Made by a program: the position numbers and the translations under genes | Shown: in pieces, positions 9,541 to 18,414 of the stretch | How positions within the stretch are numbered: the stretch's first letter is position 1 | Layout of the letters: every line of letters starts with the position of its first letter | The notes under the pieces: model-generated | Database searches by the model: none | What the model was told of the DNA's origin: nothing | What the model saw: only the letters and a program-made list of their open reading frames with translations | DNA from: Candidatus Aminicenantes bacterium | GTDB lineage: Bacteria > Acidobacteriota > Aminicenantia > Aminicenantales > JAFGBC01 | Length of the DNA stretch: 64,000 nt | Direction of reading: 5' to 3' | Assembly: GCA_963702005.1 (NCBI GenBank) | Contig: OY969696.1 | Coordinates: 384,001 to 448,000 of the forward strand

Positions 9541-10454
9541 AAGCTTACTTCCGCGCCATGCGTCTCGAACGGTGGCCGCGGAGCCTGGCCATCTTCGTCG
9601 GGAGCGCCGCCTTTTTCTTCCTTTATCGTTCGGAGATCGAGCGCCTCGGCCGGCCCGAGGTCTTCGGACGGCTCGTTGTGGCGTTCCTGCTGACCTGGAT
9701 GATCTCGACGGCCAACTACGTCGTCAACGAGATCGCCGACGCGCCCTTCGATATCCATCATCCGACCAAGCGTTTCCGCCCCTTGGTCCAGGGCGAAATC
9801 CGGAAGGGGCCGTTCGCGCTCCTCGGCGCCGGCCTGGCCGCTCTTTCACTGGCCGCGGCTTGGGTCTTGTACTCGCGGCCGTTTGTCTGGTCGCTGGTCG
9901 CCCTTCTCCTGGCCGGTTTCGCTTACAACATCAAGCCTTTCCGGACTAAGGACATTCCCTTCCTGGACTCCGTGTCCGAGTCGGCCAACAATCCCATCCG
10001 GTTCCTGATCGGGTGGTTCGCTGCCCTGGCGCCGGCCCTTCCGCCCACCCGACCGCCCTTGAGCCTCATCCTGAGCTGGTGGGCCTTCGGCAACTTCTTA
10101 ATGGTCGCCAAGAGATTCTCGGAATACCGGTTCCTGAAAGACAAGGCCGGCTTCTACCGCCAGTCCCATAAAGCCTATTCCCGGACGTCGCTCGGCTTAG
10201 GCATGCTCGCCAGCGTCGCGGCTTTCGCGGCGGCCTACCTGTACTTCGCCCTGCGCTTCAAGCTCCAATCCTTCCTCCTCATCCTCCCGCTCATCCTCCT
10301 CTTTTTCGGCCTCATCTACCGCAAGATGCTAGCCGAACGGGACCTCATGGAGGAGCCCGAGCACCTCCTCAAGAACGTTCCGGTCGCGCTGTCCACGCTC
10401 GTCCTCGCCCTCCTATTCGTCCTGGCCTTCGTCCTGGACGAGGTCGGACGATGA
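9537..10454 (+). CDS. UbiA-family prenyltransferase (decaprenyl-phosphate phosphoribosyltransferase-like)
   Basis: YVVNEIADAPFDIHHPTKRFRPL motif, multiple TM segments; ATGA overlap with upstream gene. Confidence 0.82.
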   Translation: MKAYFRAMRLERWPRSLAIFVGSAAFFFLYRSEIERLGRPEVFGRLVVAFLLTWMISTANYVVNEIADAPFDIHHPTKRFRPLVQGEIRKGPFALLGAGLAALSLAAAWVLYSRPFVWSLVALLLAGFAYNIKPFRTKDIPFLDSVSESANNPIRFLIGWFAALAPALPPTRPPLSLILSWWAFGNFLMVAKRFSEYRFLKDKAGFYRQSHKAYSRTSLGLGMLASVAAFAAAYLYFALRFKLQSFLLILPLILLFFGLIYRKMLAERDLMEEPEHLLKNVPVALSTLVLALLFVLAFVLDEVGR

Positions 10455-10496
10455 CCGAGGCGGAGGCGGTCTCATTCCGGATAGGGGAGAACTCTC

Positions 10497-11144
10497 ATGC
10501 CGCTGATCGAAACCGTCCTTAAGCTCGTGCTGGCCACCGCCCTGGGCGGCCTGATCGGGATCGAGCGGGAAACGAGCCAGAAGCCGGCCGGATTCCGGAC
10601 CAACGTCCTCGTCTGCGTCGGGTCGGCCATGATGATGATCCTTTCCGACCTCGTTCTCCAACGGACCGGGGGAGGTCAGGGCGAGCTGACCCGGATGGCG
10701 GCCGGCGTCGTCACCGGGATCGGCTTCATCGGCGCCGGAACCATCATCCAGGCCCGGGGCATGGTCCACGGGCTGACGACGGCCTCGACGCTCTGGGTTG
10801 TGGCCGGCCTCGGTCTCGTGGTCGGGGCCGGATTCTATCTCGAAGCCGTCATCTTCACCGGGATCGTCATCCTGACCCTCGTCCTGTTCCTGAAGCTCGA
10901 GGGACACTTCCACAAACGGGCGGCCGTCCGCTTCCACTTGAGGATGAAGGACTCTGCCGAGGCTCTGGGCAGCCTCCGAAAACTCTCGATCCACCTGGGG
11001 GTCAAGATCGAGGATTTCCATCTCAAACGAGAAAAGGACATCGCCGTCGTCAGCTTCGGGCTGACCGCGTCCGAAGACAAGGAGCAGGAATTCAGCCAGA
11101 GTCTGAGCGAGATCGGCGACATCCTCGAGATCAAGATTGAGTGA
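10497..11144 (+). CDS. MgtC/SapB family membrane protein
   Basis: GGLIGIERE, AGFRT, GIGFIGAG, GLTTA motifs. Confidence 0.93.
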   Translation: MPLIETVLKLVLATALGGLIGIERETSQKPAGFRTNVLVCVGSAMMMILSDLVLQRTGGGQGELTRMAAGVVTGIGFIGAGTIIQARGMVHGLTTASTLWVVAGLGLVVGAGFYLEAVIFTGIVILTLVLFLKLEGHFHKRAAVRFHLRMKDSAEALGSLRKLSIHLGVKIEDFHLKREKDIAVVSFGLTASEDKEQEFSQSLSEIGDILEIKIE

Positions 11145-11754
11145 GACTCGCATCCTGGCGGCTACCACCAACCGGGGCAAGGCCGCCGAAATCCGCGCCG
11201 CGCTGGCCGGCCTTCCTATCGTCCTTGTCACGCTCGATGAGCTCGGCATCCTCGCCCGGGCGCCCGAGACCGGAACCTCCTTCCTGGAGAACGCGCGGGC
11301 TAAAAGCCTCTTCTACAGCGGGAAGACCGACCTCCTGACCCTGGCGGAAGACTCCGGGCTCGAGGTCGAGAGCTTGGGCGGGGCGCCGGGCATTTATTCG
11401 GCCCGCTTTTCGGGACCGGCCGCCACGGACGAGACCAACATCCGGAAGCTCCTCCGGCTGATGACGGGCTTCCCCCGCGCGAAACGCAGGGCTTGTTTTG
11501 TCTGCTGCGTAGTCCTTTCCCGGCGGGGCCGGGTTCTCAAGGAAGTCACCGGCCGCGTCCAAGGATTCATCGCCCTCGAAAAGAAAGGCGCGCTCGGCTT
11601 CGGCTACGATCCCGTCTTCTGGTACCAGCCCCTCCGCAGGCACTTCGGGGAACTCGCGGCGGCGGACAAGAATCGGATCAGCCATCGCGGGCGAGCGCTC
11701 AACAAGCTGGCTGCGTATCTGACCGCCCACCCCGAGGTCCCGACGGCGCCTTGA
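11137..11754 (+). CDS. rdgB: non-canonical purine NTP pyrophosphatase (Ham1/RdgB)
   Basis: ATTNRGK, EDSGL, PGIYSAR, GFGYDP, KNRISHR. Confidence 0.95.
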   Translation: MSETRILAATTNRGKAAEIRAALAGLPIVLVTLDELGILARAPETGTSFLENARAKSLFYSGKTDLLTLAEDSGLEVESLGGAPGIYSARFSGPAATDETNIRKLLRLMTGFPRAKRRACFVCCVVLSRRGRVLKEVTGRVQGFIALEKKGALGFGYDPVFWYQPLRRHFGELAAADKNRISHRGRALNKLAAYLTAHPEVPTAP

Positions 11755-11786
11755 GAGGAGGGAGGGGGATAAGCCCCCTCCTCTCA
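11752..11786. terminator. hairpin between convergent rdgB and comEA
   Basis: TGAGAGGAG...GGGG-ATAAG-CCCC-CTCCTCTCA inverted repeat; no U-tract. Confidence 0.45.
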
Positions 11787-12095
11787 TTTCGAGGCGGCTT
11801 CGCTTCCGACCGTGATCAGATCCTTGATCCGGCCGAAGATCTTCTCGCCGATCCCCTTGACCTTCATGATGTCTTCAATCCGCTTAAAGCCGCCGTTCTC
11901 CTTGCGGTAGTCGATGATCCGCTGGGCGATCTTGGGCCCGATCTGGGGGATCTTTTCGAGCTCCGCGGCCGAGGCCGTGTTGATGTTGATTTTTTCCGCG
12001 CCGCCCTTCGACTGGGCGAAAGCGGACGCGAAACCGGCCAAGAGGATGAAGACCGCGACGAGCGCGGCCGCCGCCTTGAATTTGGGGTGAAACAT
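11784..12095 (-). CDS. comEA: ComEA family helix-hairpin-helix DNA-binding protein, secreted
   Basis: Signal peptide, ININTAS..EL, IGPK.AQRII.YR, VKGIGEK; AAAGGAGG RBS. Confidence 0.9.
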   Translation of the reverse strand: MFHPKFKAAAALVAVFILLAGFASAFAQSKGGAEKININTASAAELEKIPQIGPKIAQRIIDYRKENGGFKRIEDIMKVKGIGEKIFGRIKDLITVGSEAASK

Positions 12096-12120
12096 GCAGC
12101 CTCCTTTCGCAGCCATCTAT

Positions 12121-12136
12121 AGCAAGGAAGGTGCCA
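12121..12136 (-). promoter_or_regulatory. sigma-54 (-24/-12) promoter of comEA
   Basis: Minus strand TGGCAC-CTTCC-TTGCT equals the consensus; predicted TSS near 12110, just upstream of the RBS. Confidence 0.8.
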
Positions 12137-12304
12137 TTTCTCACCGTGCTTGTATCTTATTTATTATCTGCGTTATAGATTCATTGCCTGGACTCAGTCC
12201 GTCAACCGGAATTTCTTTTCGCCGCCAACTCGGGCAACGCGGATTGACATATCCCCCTGCGCCCGGATTCGAGGAGGGAAGGTTCCCCTGCTTTCGGCCT
12301 TAGC

Positions 12305-15031
12305 TTAGCTTTTATTTGGCTTGGCCAAGTAAATGTTGCCCGTTATTTCGCTCACGTGAAAGATGATTTTATCCCTGGCGATTCCGATCGTCCCGCTGCC
12401 GGGCGGAAAGTTCAGGCGGAACCGGGCCTGGTGGGCGTGATACACGCTGATGGCCCCGCCGACGGGCCTTTTCGAGGCCGGGTCAAGACGCTGCGCGTAG
12501 AGACAGCAGGAGCCGTCCCTTTCCGAGAGATAGTAGAGGAGACGCCCGTTCGGGGACCACTTGGGCGAACGCAGGCAATGGTCGTCTTCGCAGACGAGAA
12601 TGGATTCCTTCTCCGAAACCGGAGCCGTGCCGAGCGGCGCCAGACAGATCGCGGCCCGGCCGTCCGGCTTGCCGACGAGGAAGCTGATCCAGCAGTCATC
12701 CGGCGAGAGGGTTGCATCTGCAATGAAGCCGGACTCGACGGCCAGGACCGGAATTTTCTCCCCGGACTCGACATTCAGCCTGAAGAGCTCGTTGCGTCGG
12801 CCCGCGACAAGGACGTAATGCGCGTCCGAATAGAAACATATCATCTGGCAAGACTGGCAGATCTCCCTGCCGGCGGTCGATCCCCCGGAGATGATGTAAG
12901 TCCGGTTGACATCGGAAACGGTATCCTGATAGGCGAGGACGGATCCGTCGGAGCTGAGCCGGGGCCGCTTATTGAGACTGAACTCTCCTTGCATGGGAAT
13001 GGAGGTCTCCCGTCCGCTCTTCAAGTCCTTCACCCGGACCTCGACCGATGCCGTCCGGAGACTTCCGAAGGTGATGAACGCGATTTTGGAGCCGTCGAGG
13101 CTCAACGAAGAATCGAAGGCGGGCATGAGGTCTTCCGTGATCTTGCGTGGCTCTCCCGAGATAAAGCCTTCATCCGGCTTCGCCGCCAGGCTCCAGGGAC
13201 CCATGATCACCGAGATGTTGGCGAATACAATCCGGCCGTCGCGCGTCACGGAGGCGTAGTTTTTCATGCCCGGTCCGAAACTGACGGGCTCGGCCGGCCC
13301 GCGGATCGCCCAGCTTCCGGGTTCGATCGGCGTCCGGAAAATATTGATACCCTCGACGGTCGACCCCGAAATGAAATACACATCGGAGCCCGCCCAGCCG
13401 ATCGGATAGGTGACGAAGATAGACAGCGAGAGATTTTTAAAGGCGCCGGTCCGGACGGGGGGGCCTCCGTCGACCGGAGCAACCCACCAATCCTCGGAGG
13501 CCGGGTCGCCGACGCGCCAGCCGTAGAAAAGCAAGGATTTTCCATCGGGCGACCAGACCGGAGCCGATCCCGTCTCCCAGGCCAAAACGCAGAACTCCGG
13601 CAGAAAAGGTCTCGGCGCCCCTCCCTGGGGAGAGACTAAGTATATTTTTATGAGTCGGGTCTCCAGCGAGGCAGGGATATCTAGGTAGGCGATCAGGGAG
13701 CCGTCGGGCGAAAACCGGGGGCAATCGCCCCGCTCGGCGATCCGGCGGGCCTCGCCGCCCAAGGCGTCAATGATGTAGATTCCGCCCCCGTCCCGGCCGG
13801 ATTTGAACGCGATCTTGGAGCCGTCGGGCGCAAAGGAAGGAGACGTGTCATCGGCCGGATCGTCGGTCAGGCGGAGGGGCTGCCCACCGGCGACCTGCTG
13901 AACCCAGATATCGAGCATCCCATCCCCGCTCCGGTCGGATGCGTAGGCCACCAGGCTCCCGTCGAGCGAAATCGTAGGCATACCGCTGAACCCGGAGTCG
14001 AAGGTCAGTCGCGAGGTCTCATATTCGACCGGCCCCTTGGGTTTGAAGAACAAGAGCCTGAACAGAACGGCCCCGACGCCGATCAAGACCAGCGCGGCGG
14101 CCGCGATGACGGGAAGCGGCCGTTTTCGGGGCTTGATCCCGGCCGCGACGGCCTTGAGCTTTCCCGATTCCGAATCCTCCTTCAAGTCCTGGAGAGCAAC
14201 CTTGAGGTCGGACATGGTCTGCCAGCGGCGCGAAGGGTCCTTGCGGAGGCAGCGGACGAGGACCCGCTCGATGTCCTGGGGAAGGGAGTCGTTCAATTCT
14301 CCGGCCGGCTTCGGCTCTTCGCGGAGGATCGCGGCCAAGGTCGAGATCCGGCTCTCCCGGCTGAACGCCCTCTGGCCCGTCAACATCTCATAGAGAACGG
14401 CCCCGAAGGAGAAGATGTCCGAGCGGGGATCGACTTTTCTCCCTTCGGCCTGCTCCGGGGACATGTAGGCCGCCGTCCCCATGATGAAGCCCTCCTCCGT
14501 GCGCGGTTTTTCCGCCTCCTTGATGGTGGCCGTGGGCCCCAGCTGGCCGGCCTCGGGCTCCTCGACGAGCTTGGCCAGTCCGAAGTCGAGGATTTTGGCC
14601 CGGCCGTCGTGAGTGACCAGGATGTTGCTCGGCTTGAGGTCGCGGTGGACGATTCCAGCGGCGTGGGCCCTGGCCAGGCCGTCTGCGATCTGGACGGCGC
14701 AGTCGAGGGCGTTTTCGAGCTTCATCCCCCGGCGTCCGACCAGCCGGTCCAGGGTTTGGCCGTCCACATACTCCATGACGATGAAATCCAGCCCGTCGGC
14801 GGAGGCGATGTCGTAGACGGTGATTATGTTGGGATGGTTCAGGGCCGAAGCGGCCTTCGCCTCCTGGACGAAACGCCGCTTGCGCTCGGGGTCGGCGACC
14901 TTTTCGGGCGGCAGAACCTTAACGGCGACCGCCCGATCCAGGTGGGTGTCGAGGGCTTTGTAGACGACGCCCATCCCGCCTTCCCCGATCTTCTCGATGA
15001 TTCGATAGTGGAGGAGCGTTTTCCCGATCAT
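12305..15031 (-). CDS. Hanks-type Ser/Thr kinase with TM segment and TolB/PD40-like beta-propeller
   Basis: GEGGMG, VAVK, HRDLKPSN, DFG, YMSPEQ; TM helix; repeated (W/F)SPDG. Confidence 0.93.
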   Translation of the reverse strand: MIGKTLLHYRIIEKIGEGGMGVVYKALDTHLDRAVAVKVLPPEKVADPERKRRFVQEAKAASALNHPNIITVYDIASADGLDFIVMEYVDGQTLDRLVGRRGMKLENALDCAVQIADGLARAHAAGIVHRDLKPSNILVTHDGRAKILDFGLAKLVEEPEAGQLGPTATIKEAEKPRTEEGFIMGTAAYMSPEQAEGRKVDPRSDIFSFGAVLYEMLTGQRAFSRESRISTLAAILREEPKPAGELNDSLPQDIERVLVRCLRKDPSRRWQTMSDLKVALQDLKEDSESGKLKAVAAGIKPRKRPLPVIAAAALVLIGVGAVLFRLLFFKPKGPVEYETSRLTFDSGFSGMPTISLDGSLVAYASDRSGDGMLDIWVQQVAGGQPLRLTDDPADDTSPSFAPDGSKIAFKSGRDGGGIYIIDALGGEARRIAERGDCPRFSPDGSLIAYLDIPASLETRLIKIYLVSPQGGAPRPFLPEFCVLAWETGSAPVWSPDGKSLLFYGWRVGDPASEDWWVAPVDGGPPVRTGAFKNLSLSIFVTYPIGWAGSDVYFISGSTVEGINIFRTPIEPGSWAIRGPAEPVSFGPGMKNYASVTRDGRIVFANISVIMGPWSLAAKPDEGFISGEPRKITEDLMPAFDSSLSLDGSKIAFITFGSLRTASVEVRVKDLKSGRETSIPMQGEFSLNKRPRLSSDGSVLAYQDTVSDVNRTYIISGGSTAGREICQSCQMICFYSDAHYVLVAGRRNELFRLNVESGEKIPVLAVESGFIADATLSPDDCWISFLVGKPDGRAAICLAPLGTAPVSEKESILVCEDDHCLRSPKWSPNGRLLYYLSERDGSCCLYAQRLDPASKRPVGGAISVYHAHQARFRLNFPPGSGTIGIARDKIIFHVSEITGNIYLAKPNKS

Positions 15032-15084
15032 GCCGTCTCGTCCCTTCCTCGAACAGCCATTATATATGCCCCGCTTTCGACGAA

Positions 15085-15167
15085 GTCAACCCTTCGACAC
15101 CCATACTAAGCCGGAAACGGCTTAGTATGAGTGCTGCAAGGCTGGGTAGCGTCGGCGAACGGGTCAA
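15085..15167 (+). repeat. modular palindromic element, copy A
   Basis: GTCAACCCTTCGAC + CATACTAAGCCG-GAAA-CGGCTTAGTATG hairpin + CTGCAAG + GGGTAGCGTCGGCGAACGGGTCAA; ends shared with copies at 29810, 39442, 55222. Confidence 0.85.
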
Positions 15168-15194
15168 GGAGGACGCACCGAGCGAAGCCGCGAT

Positions 15195-16079
15195 CTAAGA
15201 GCGGGGGTGGCTCTTGCGGTAGACATCGAGCAGGCGGCCCAGGTCGATGTGGGTGTATTTCTGGGTCGTGGCCAAGCTGGCGTGGCCAAGGAGCTCCTGG
15301 ATCGTCCTCAGATCGGCCCCCCGGCTCAGGAGATGGGAGGCGAACGAATGTCTCAACGAATGGGGACTGATTCGGCGCCGGACGGCGGCCCGGCGGATGT
15401 ACTTGTCTACGATCCTCTCGACGGAGCGCGATGTCAGGCGGCCGCCCCTCCGGTTCAGGAAAACGGCTTTTTCACCGAGCCTCTCGCCGGCCAGAACGGC
15501 CCTCGCCCGAAGATAAGCCCGGAGCCTCTCTTCAGCCGTGCGGCCGAACGGGACGACCCTCTCTTTTTTTCCCTTGCCCCGAACCCGGACGAGTCTCTCG
15601 CCCAAATGGACGTCCTCGAGATCCATCCCGACCAGTTCGCTGACCCGGATCCCCGTCGCGTAGAGGAATTCGAGCAAGCCCTTATCGCGCAGGGTCAGCG
15701 GCTTCTCGCCCGTCGGGACGTCGAGGAAAGCGGCCATCTCCTCCTCGCTGAGGAACGACGGGATGGGCCGATCGAGCTTGGGTGTCGCGACGACCTTGGC
15801 CGGGTTGTCCTCGACCCATTTTTTCCTGAGGCAAAACGCATAGAACGAGCGCAGGGCGGCCAATTTTCGGGCCACGCTCGATTTGCGGAGCTTGCTTTCG
15901 TGGAGCCGGGCCAGGAACCCGCGGATGACATAGGGATCCGCCCGTCGGAAATCCGCTTTTTTGTCCTTGAGGTAAGCCGCGTACTGGGCAAGGTCTCTCC
16001 GGTATCCGGCCACGGTGTGGACGGAGGCGTTCTTCTCGTACTCGAGGAACGCCAGGAAGGCCTCAAGCTCCTTGGTCAT
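15195..16079 (-). CDS. xerC: tyrosine recombinase XerC
   Basis: TGIRVSEL, GKGKKER, HSLRHSFASH, LLGH..L.TTQ.Y; follows dprA-topA. Confidence 0.88.
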   Translation of the reverse strand: MTKELEAFLAFLEYEKNASVHTVAGYRRDLAQYAAYLKDKKADFRRADPYVIRGFLARLHESKLRKSSVARKLAALRSFYAFCLRKKWVEDNPAKVVATPKLDRPIPSFLSEEEMAAFLDVPTGEKPLTLRDKGLLEFLYATGIRVSELVGMDLEDVHLGERLVRVRGKGKKERVVPFGRTAEERLRAYLRARAVLAGERLGEKAVFLNRRGGRLTSRSVERIVDKYIRRAAVRRRISPHSLRHSFASHLLSRGADLRTIQELLGHASLATTQKYTHIDLGRLLDVYRKSHPRS

Positions 16080-18414
16080 GATCGGGCGGCGCTCCTCCCT
16101 CACCGGCCGCATCCGGCTTCGCGTCCCCGGCTATCGCCACCGGCGCGGCCGGCGTCTCGACCTGCTGCTTATAGCCGCAGGCTTCGTCCCGGCAAGAAAT
16201 GGTGGTTCCGGTTTTAGCCCGCGTCTTGCGGAGGAGAACCCTCTTTCCGCATTTGGGACAGGTTTGGTCGATCGGCTCGTCCCAGGTCGCGAACTTGCAC
16301 TTGGGGAACGAGCTGCAGCCGTAGAAATAGCGGCCCCGCTTCGATTTGCGGCGGAGGAGGGTCCCTCCGCAGTCGAGCGGACAGGCGATGCCGGTGTCGA
16401 ACCTCTCCTTCTTGACGTACTTGCACTCGGGATATTTCGAGCAGGCCGTGAACTGACCGTAGCGCCCCCAGCGGACGACTAAGGGCGCGCCGCAGTCGGG
16501 GCAAGGCTCGTCTAGGACCTGGGGTTCCTTTTTGCCCAGGCTCTGCTTATAGTCGCAGTCGGGGTAGCCGGTGCAGGACTTGAATGGGCCGAAGCGGCCT
16601 CCTTTGATGACGACCTGTTTCCCGCACTTGGGACAGGGCTCCTCGGCCGGGATCCCGCCGTTGGCCGTGACGCCCGCCTGGGCCTGGGCTTGGACGAGAT
16701 CCTGTTCCAGGACTTGATAATAATTGCGCAGGGATTCGATCCAGTTCCTCTCGCCGTCGCTGATCCGGTCGAGCTCTTCCTCCATGAGCGCCGTGAACTT
16801 GATCTCCATGAGATGGGCAAAGTTCTGGACGAGATAATCCGTGACGAACATGCCGAGCTCGGTCGGTACGAACTTGCCTTTGTCCCGGATGACATAGACC
16901 CGCTTGTGGAGGGCGTCGATGATGGGCGCGTAGGTCGAGGGCCGGCCGATGCCCTTGGCCTCGAGCTCCTTGACCAGGCTCGCCTCCGTGTATCGGGGCG
17001 GCGGCTGGGTGAAGTTCTGCTTGGTCTCGACTTCGAGCAGACGAAGGACCTCGCCCGGTTTGGCCGCGGGCAGGATCTCGTCGTCCTTCTTCTGGCCTCC
17101 GCCCAGGGCCAGGAATCCGTCGAAGCGGATGACCTCACCCTTGGTCTTGAGTAAATACTTTGATACCGCGGGCGCCGGGGCGGCCGTCCCGTCCGCGGCC
17201 TGCTGGGGATGCGGGACGGCCGAGATCTCAAACTCGGTCTCCTCGATCTTGGCCGGACTCATCTGGGAGGCGATGAACCGGTTCCAGATCAGGGTGTAGA
17301 GCCGGAGTTCCTCTCTCTTGAGATAGGGGGCGACGGCGTCGGGCGGCAGGTCGAAGAAGGTCGGCCGGACGGCCTCGTGGGCGTCCTGGCTCGCCTTCTT
17401 GTTCTTGAAAACGTGGGGCGAGGGGGGAAGATAAGCCGGGGAAAAAGTCCGGACGATGTAGTCTCGGGCTCCCCCCAGGGCCTCGTCCGAAACCCGGAAG
17501 GAGTCCGTGCGCATGTAGGTGATGAGCCCGACCATGCCCCGCTCGCCGATCTCGAGGCCTTCGTAGAGGTGCTGGGCGACCATCATCGTCTTCTTGACCG
17601 GGAAGGACAGAAGCCGGAATCCGTCCTGCTGGAGCGTGCTCGTGATGTAGGGCGGGCCGGGCTGCCGGCTCTTGGTCCGGACATTGACCTTATCCAGGAC
17701 AAACGCGGCGGACCGGAGGTCGGCCGCGACCCGCTCGGCTTTCTCGCCCGTCTCGACCTTGATCTTCTTCCCGTCGGCCTTGACGAGCTCGGCCTTGAAG
17801 GGCGGCGGGGCGGACGCCTCGAGCCGGGCCGCGATCGGCCAGAATTCCTCCTGGACGAAGGCCTTGATCTCTTTCTCCCGGTCGCAGATGAGACGGAGAG
17901 CGATGGACTGGACCCGGCCGGCGCTCAGGTTCTTCCCCCCGATCTTCTTCCAGAGGAGCGGGCTGATCTTGTATCCGACCAGCCGGTCCAGGATCCGCCG
18001 CGTCTGCTGGGCGTTGATCTTGTTCTGGTCGAGCGTCCCCAAGTGCTGGAAGGCCTCCTCGATGCCTTTTTTAGTGATCTCGTGGAAGAGGGCCCGGTGG
18101 ATCGTCTTATGGAGGTCTTCGAACAGGAAGGACAGGTGCCAGGAGATCGCTTCCCCTTCGCGGTCCGGGTCGGCGGCCAGGATGATGGACTCGGCGTCCT
18201 CGGCGGCCTTCCTTAGATCGGCGATGACTTTTTTCTTGTCGGGGATGACGACGTAGCTGGGCGCGAAGTCGTGCTCGACGTCGACACCCAACTTCGTCTT
18301 GGGGAGGTCGCGAACATGCCCCATGGACGCCTTGACGACGAAACCGGGGCCCAGGTAGCGATTGATCGTCTTGGCCTTGGCCGGCGATTCGACGATGACG
18401 AGGGATTTCGGCAT
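16063..18414 (-). CDS. topA: DNA topoisomerase I
   Basis: IVESPAKAKTI, DPDREGE, SAGRVQS, ITYMRTDS, GIGRPSTY, C-terminal Zn ribbons. Confidence 0.98.
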   Translation of the reverse strand: MPKSLVIVESPAKAKTINRYLGPGFVVKASMGHVRDLPKTKLGVDVEHDFAPSYVVIPDKKKVIADLRKAAEDAESIILAADPDREGEAISWHLSFLFEDLHKTIHRALFHEITKKGIEEAFQHLGTLDQNKINAQQTRRILDRLVGYKISPLLWKKIGGKNLSAGRVQSIALRLICDREKEIKAFVQEEFWPIAARLEASAPPPFKAELVKADGKKIKVETGEKAERVAADLRSAAFVLDKVNVRTKSRQPGPPYITSTLQQDGFRLLSFPVKKTMMVAQHLYEGLEIGERGMVGLITYMRTDSFRVSDEALGGARDYIVRTFSPAYLPPSPHVFKNKKASQDAHEAVRPTFFDLPPDAVAPYLKREELRLYTLIWNRFIASQMSPAKIEETEFEISAVPHPQQAADGTAAPAPAVSKYLLKTKGEVIRFDGFLALGGGQKKDDEILPAAKPGEVLRLLEVETKQNFTQPPPRYTEASLVKELEAKGIGRPSTYAPIIDALHKRVYVIRDKGKFVPTELGMFVTDYLVQNFAHLMEIKFTALMEEELDRISDGERNWIESLRNYYQVLEQDLVQAQAQAGVTANGGIPAEEPCPKCGKQVVIKGGRFGPFKSCTGYPDCDYKQSLGKKEPQVLDEPCPDCGAPLVVRWGRYGQFTACSKYPECKYVKKERFDTGIACPLDCGGTLLRRKSKRGRYFYGCSSFPKCKFATWDEPIDQTCPKCGKRVLLRKTRAKTGTTISCRDEACGYKQQVETPAAPVAIAGDAKPDAAGEGGAPPDHDQGA

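Noticed and set aside
12305-15031. Ser/Thr kinase as an anti-phage system
   Set aside because: Kinase-TM-propeller architecture fits a membrane sensor; no defence genes adjacent
15195-16079. Tyrosine recombinase as a phage or island integrase
   Set aside because: Size, motifs and dprA-topA context fit chromosomal XerC; no att site, tRNA or phage genes nearby
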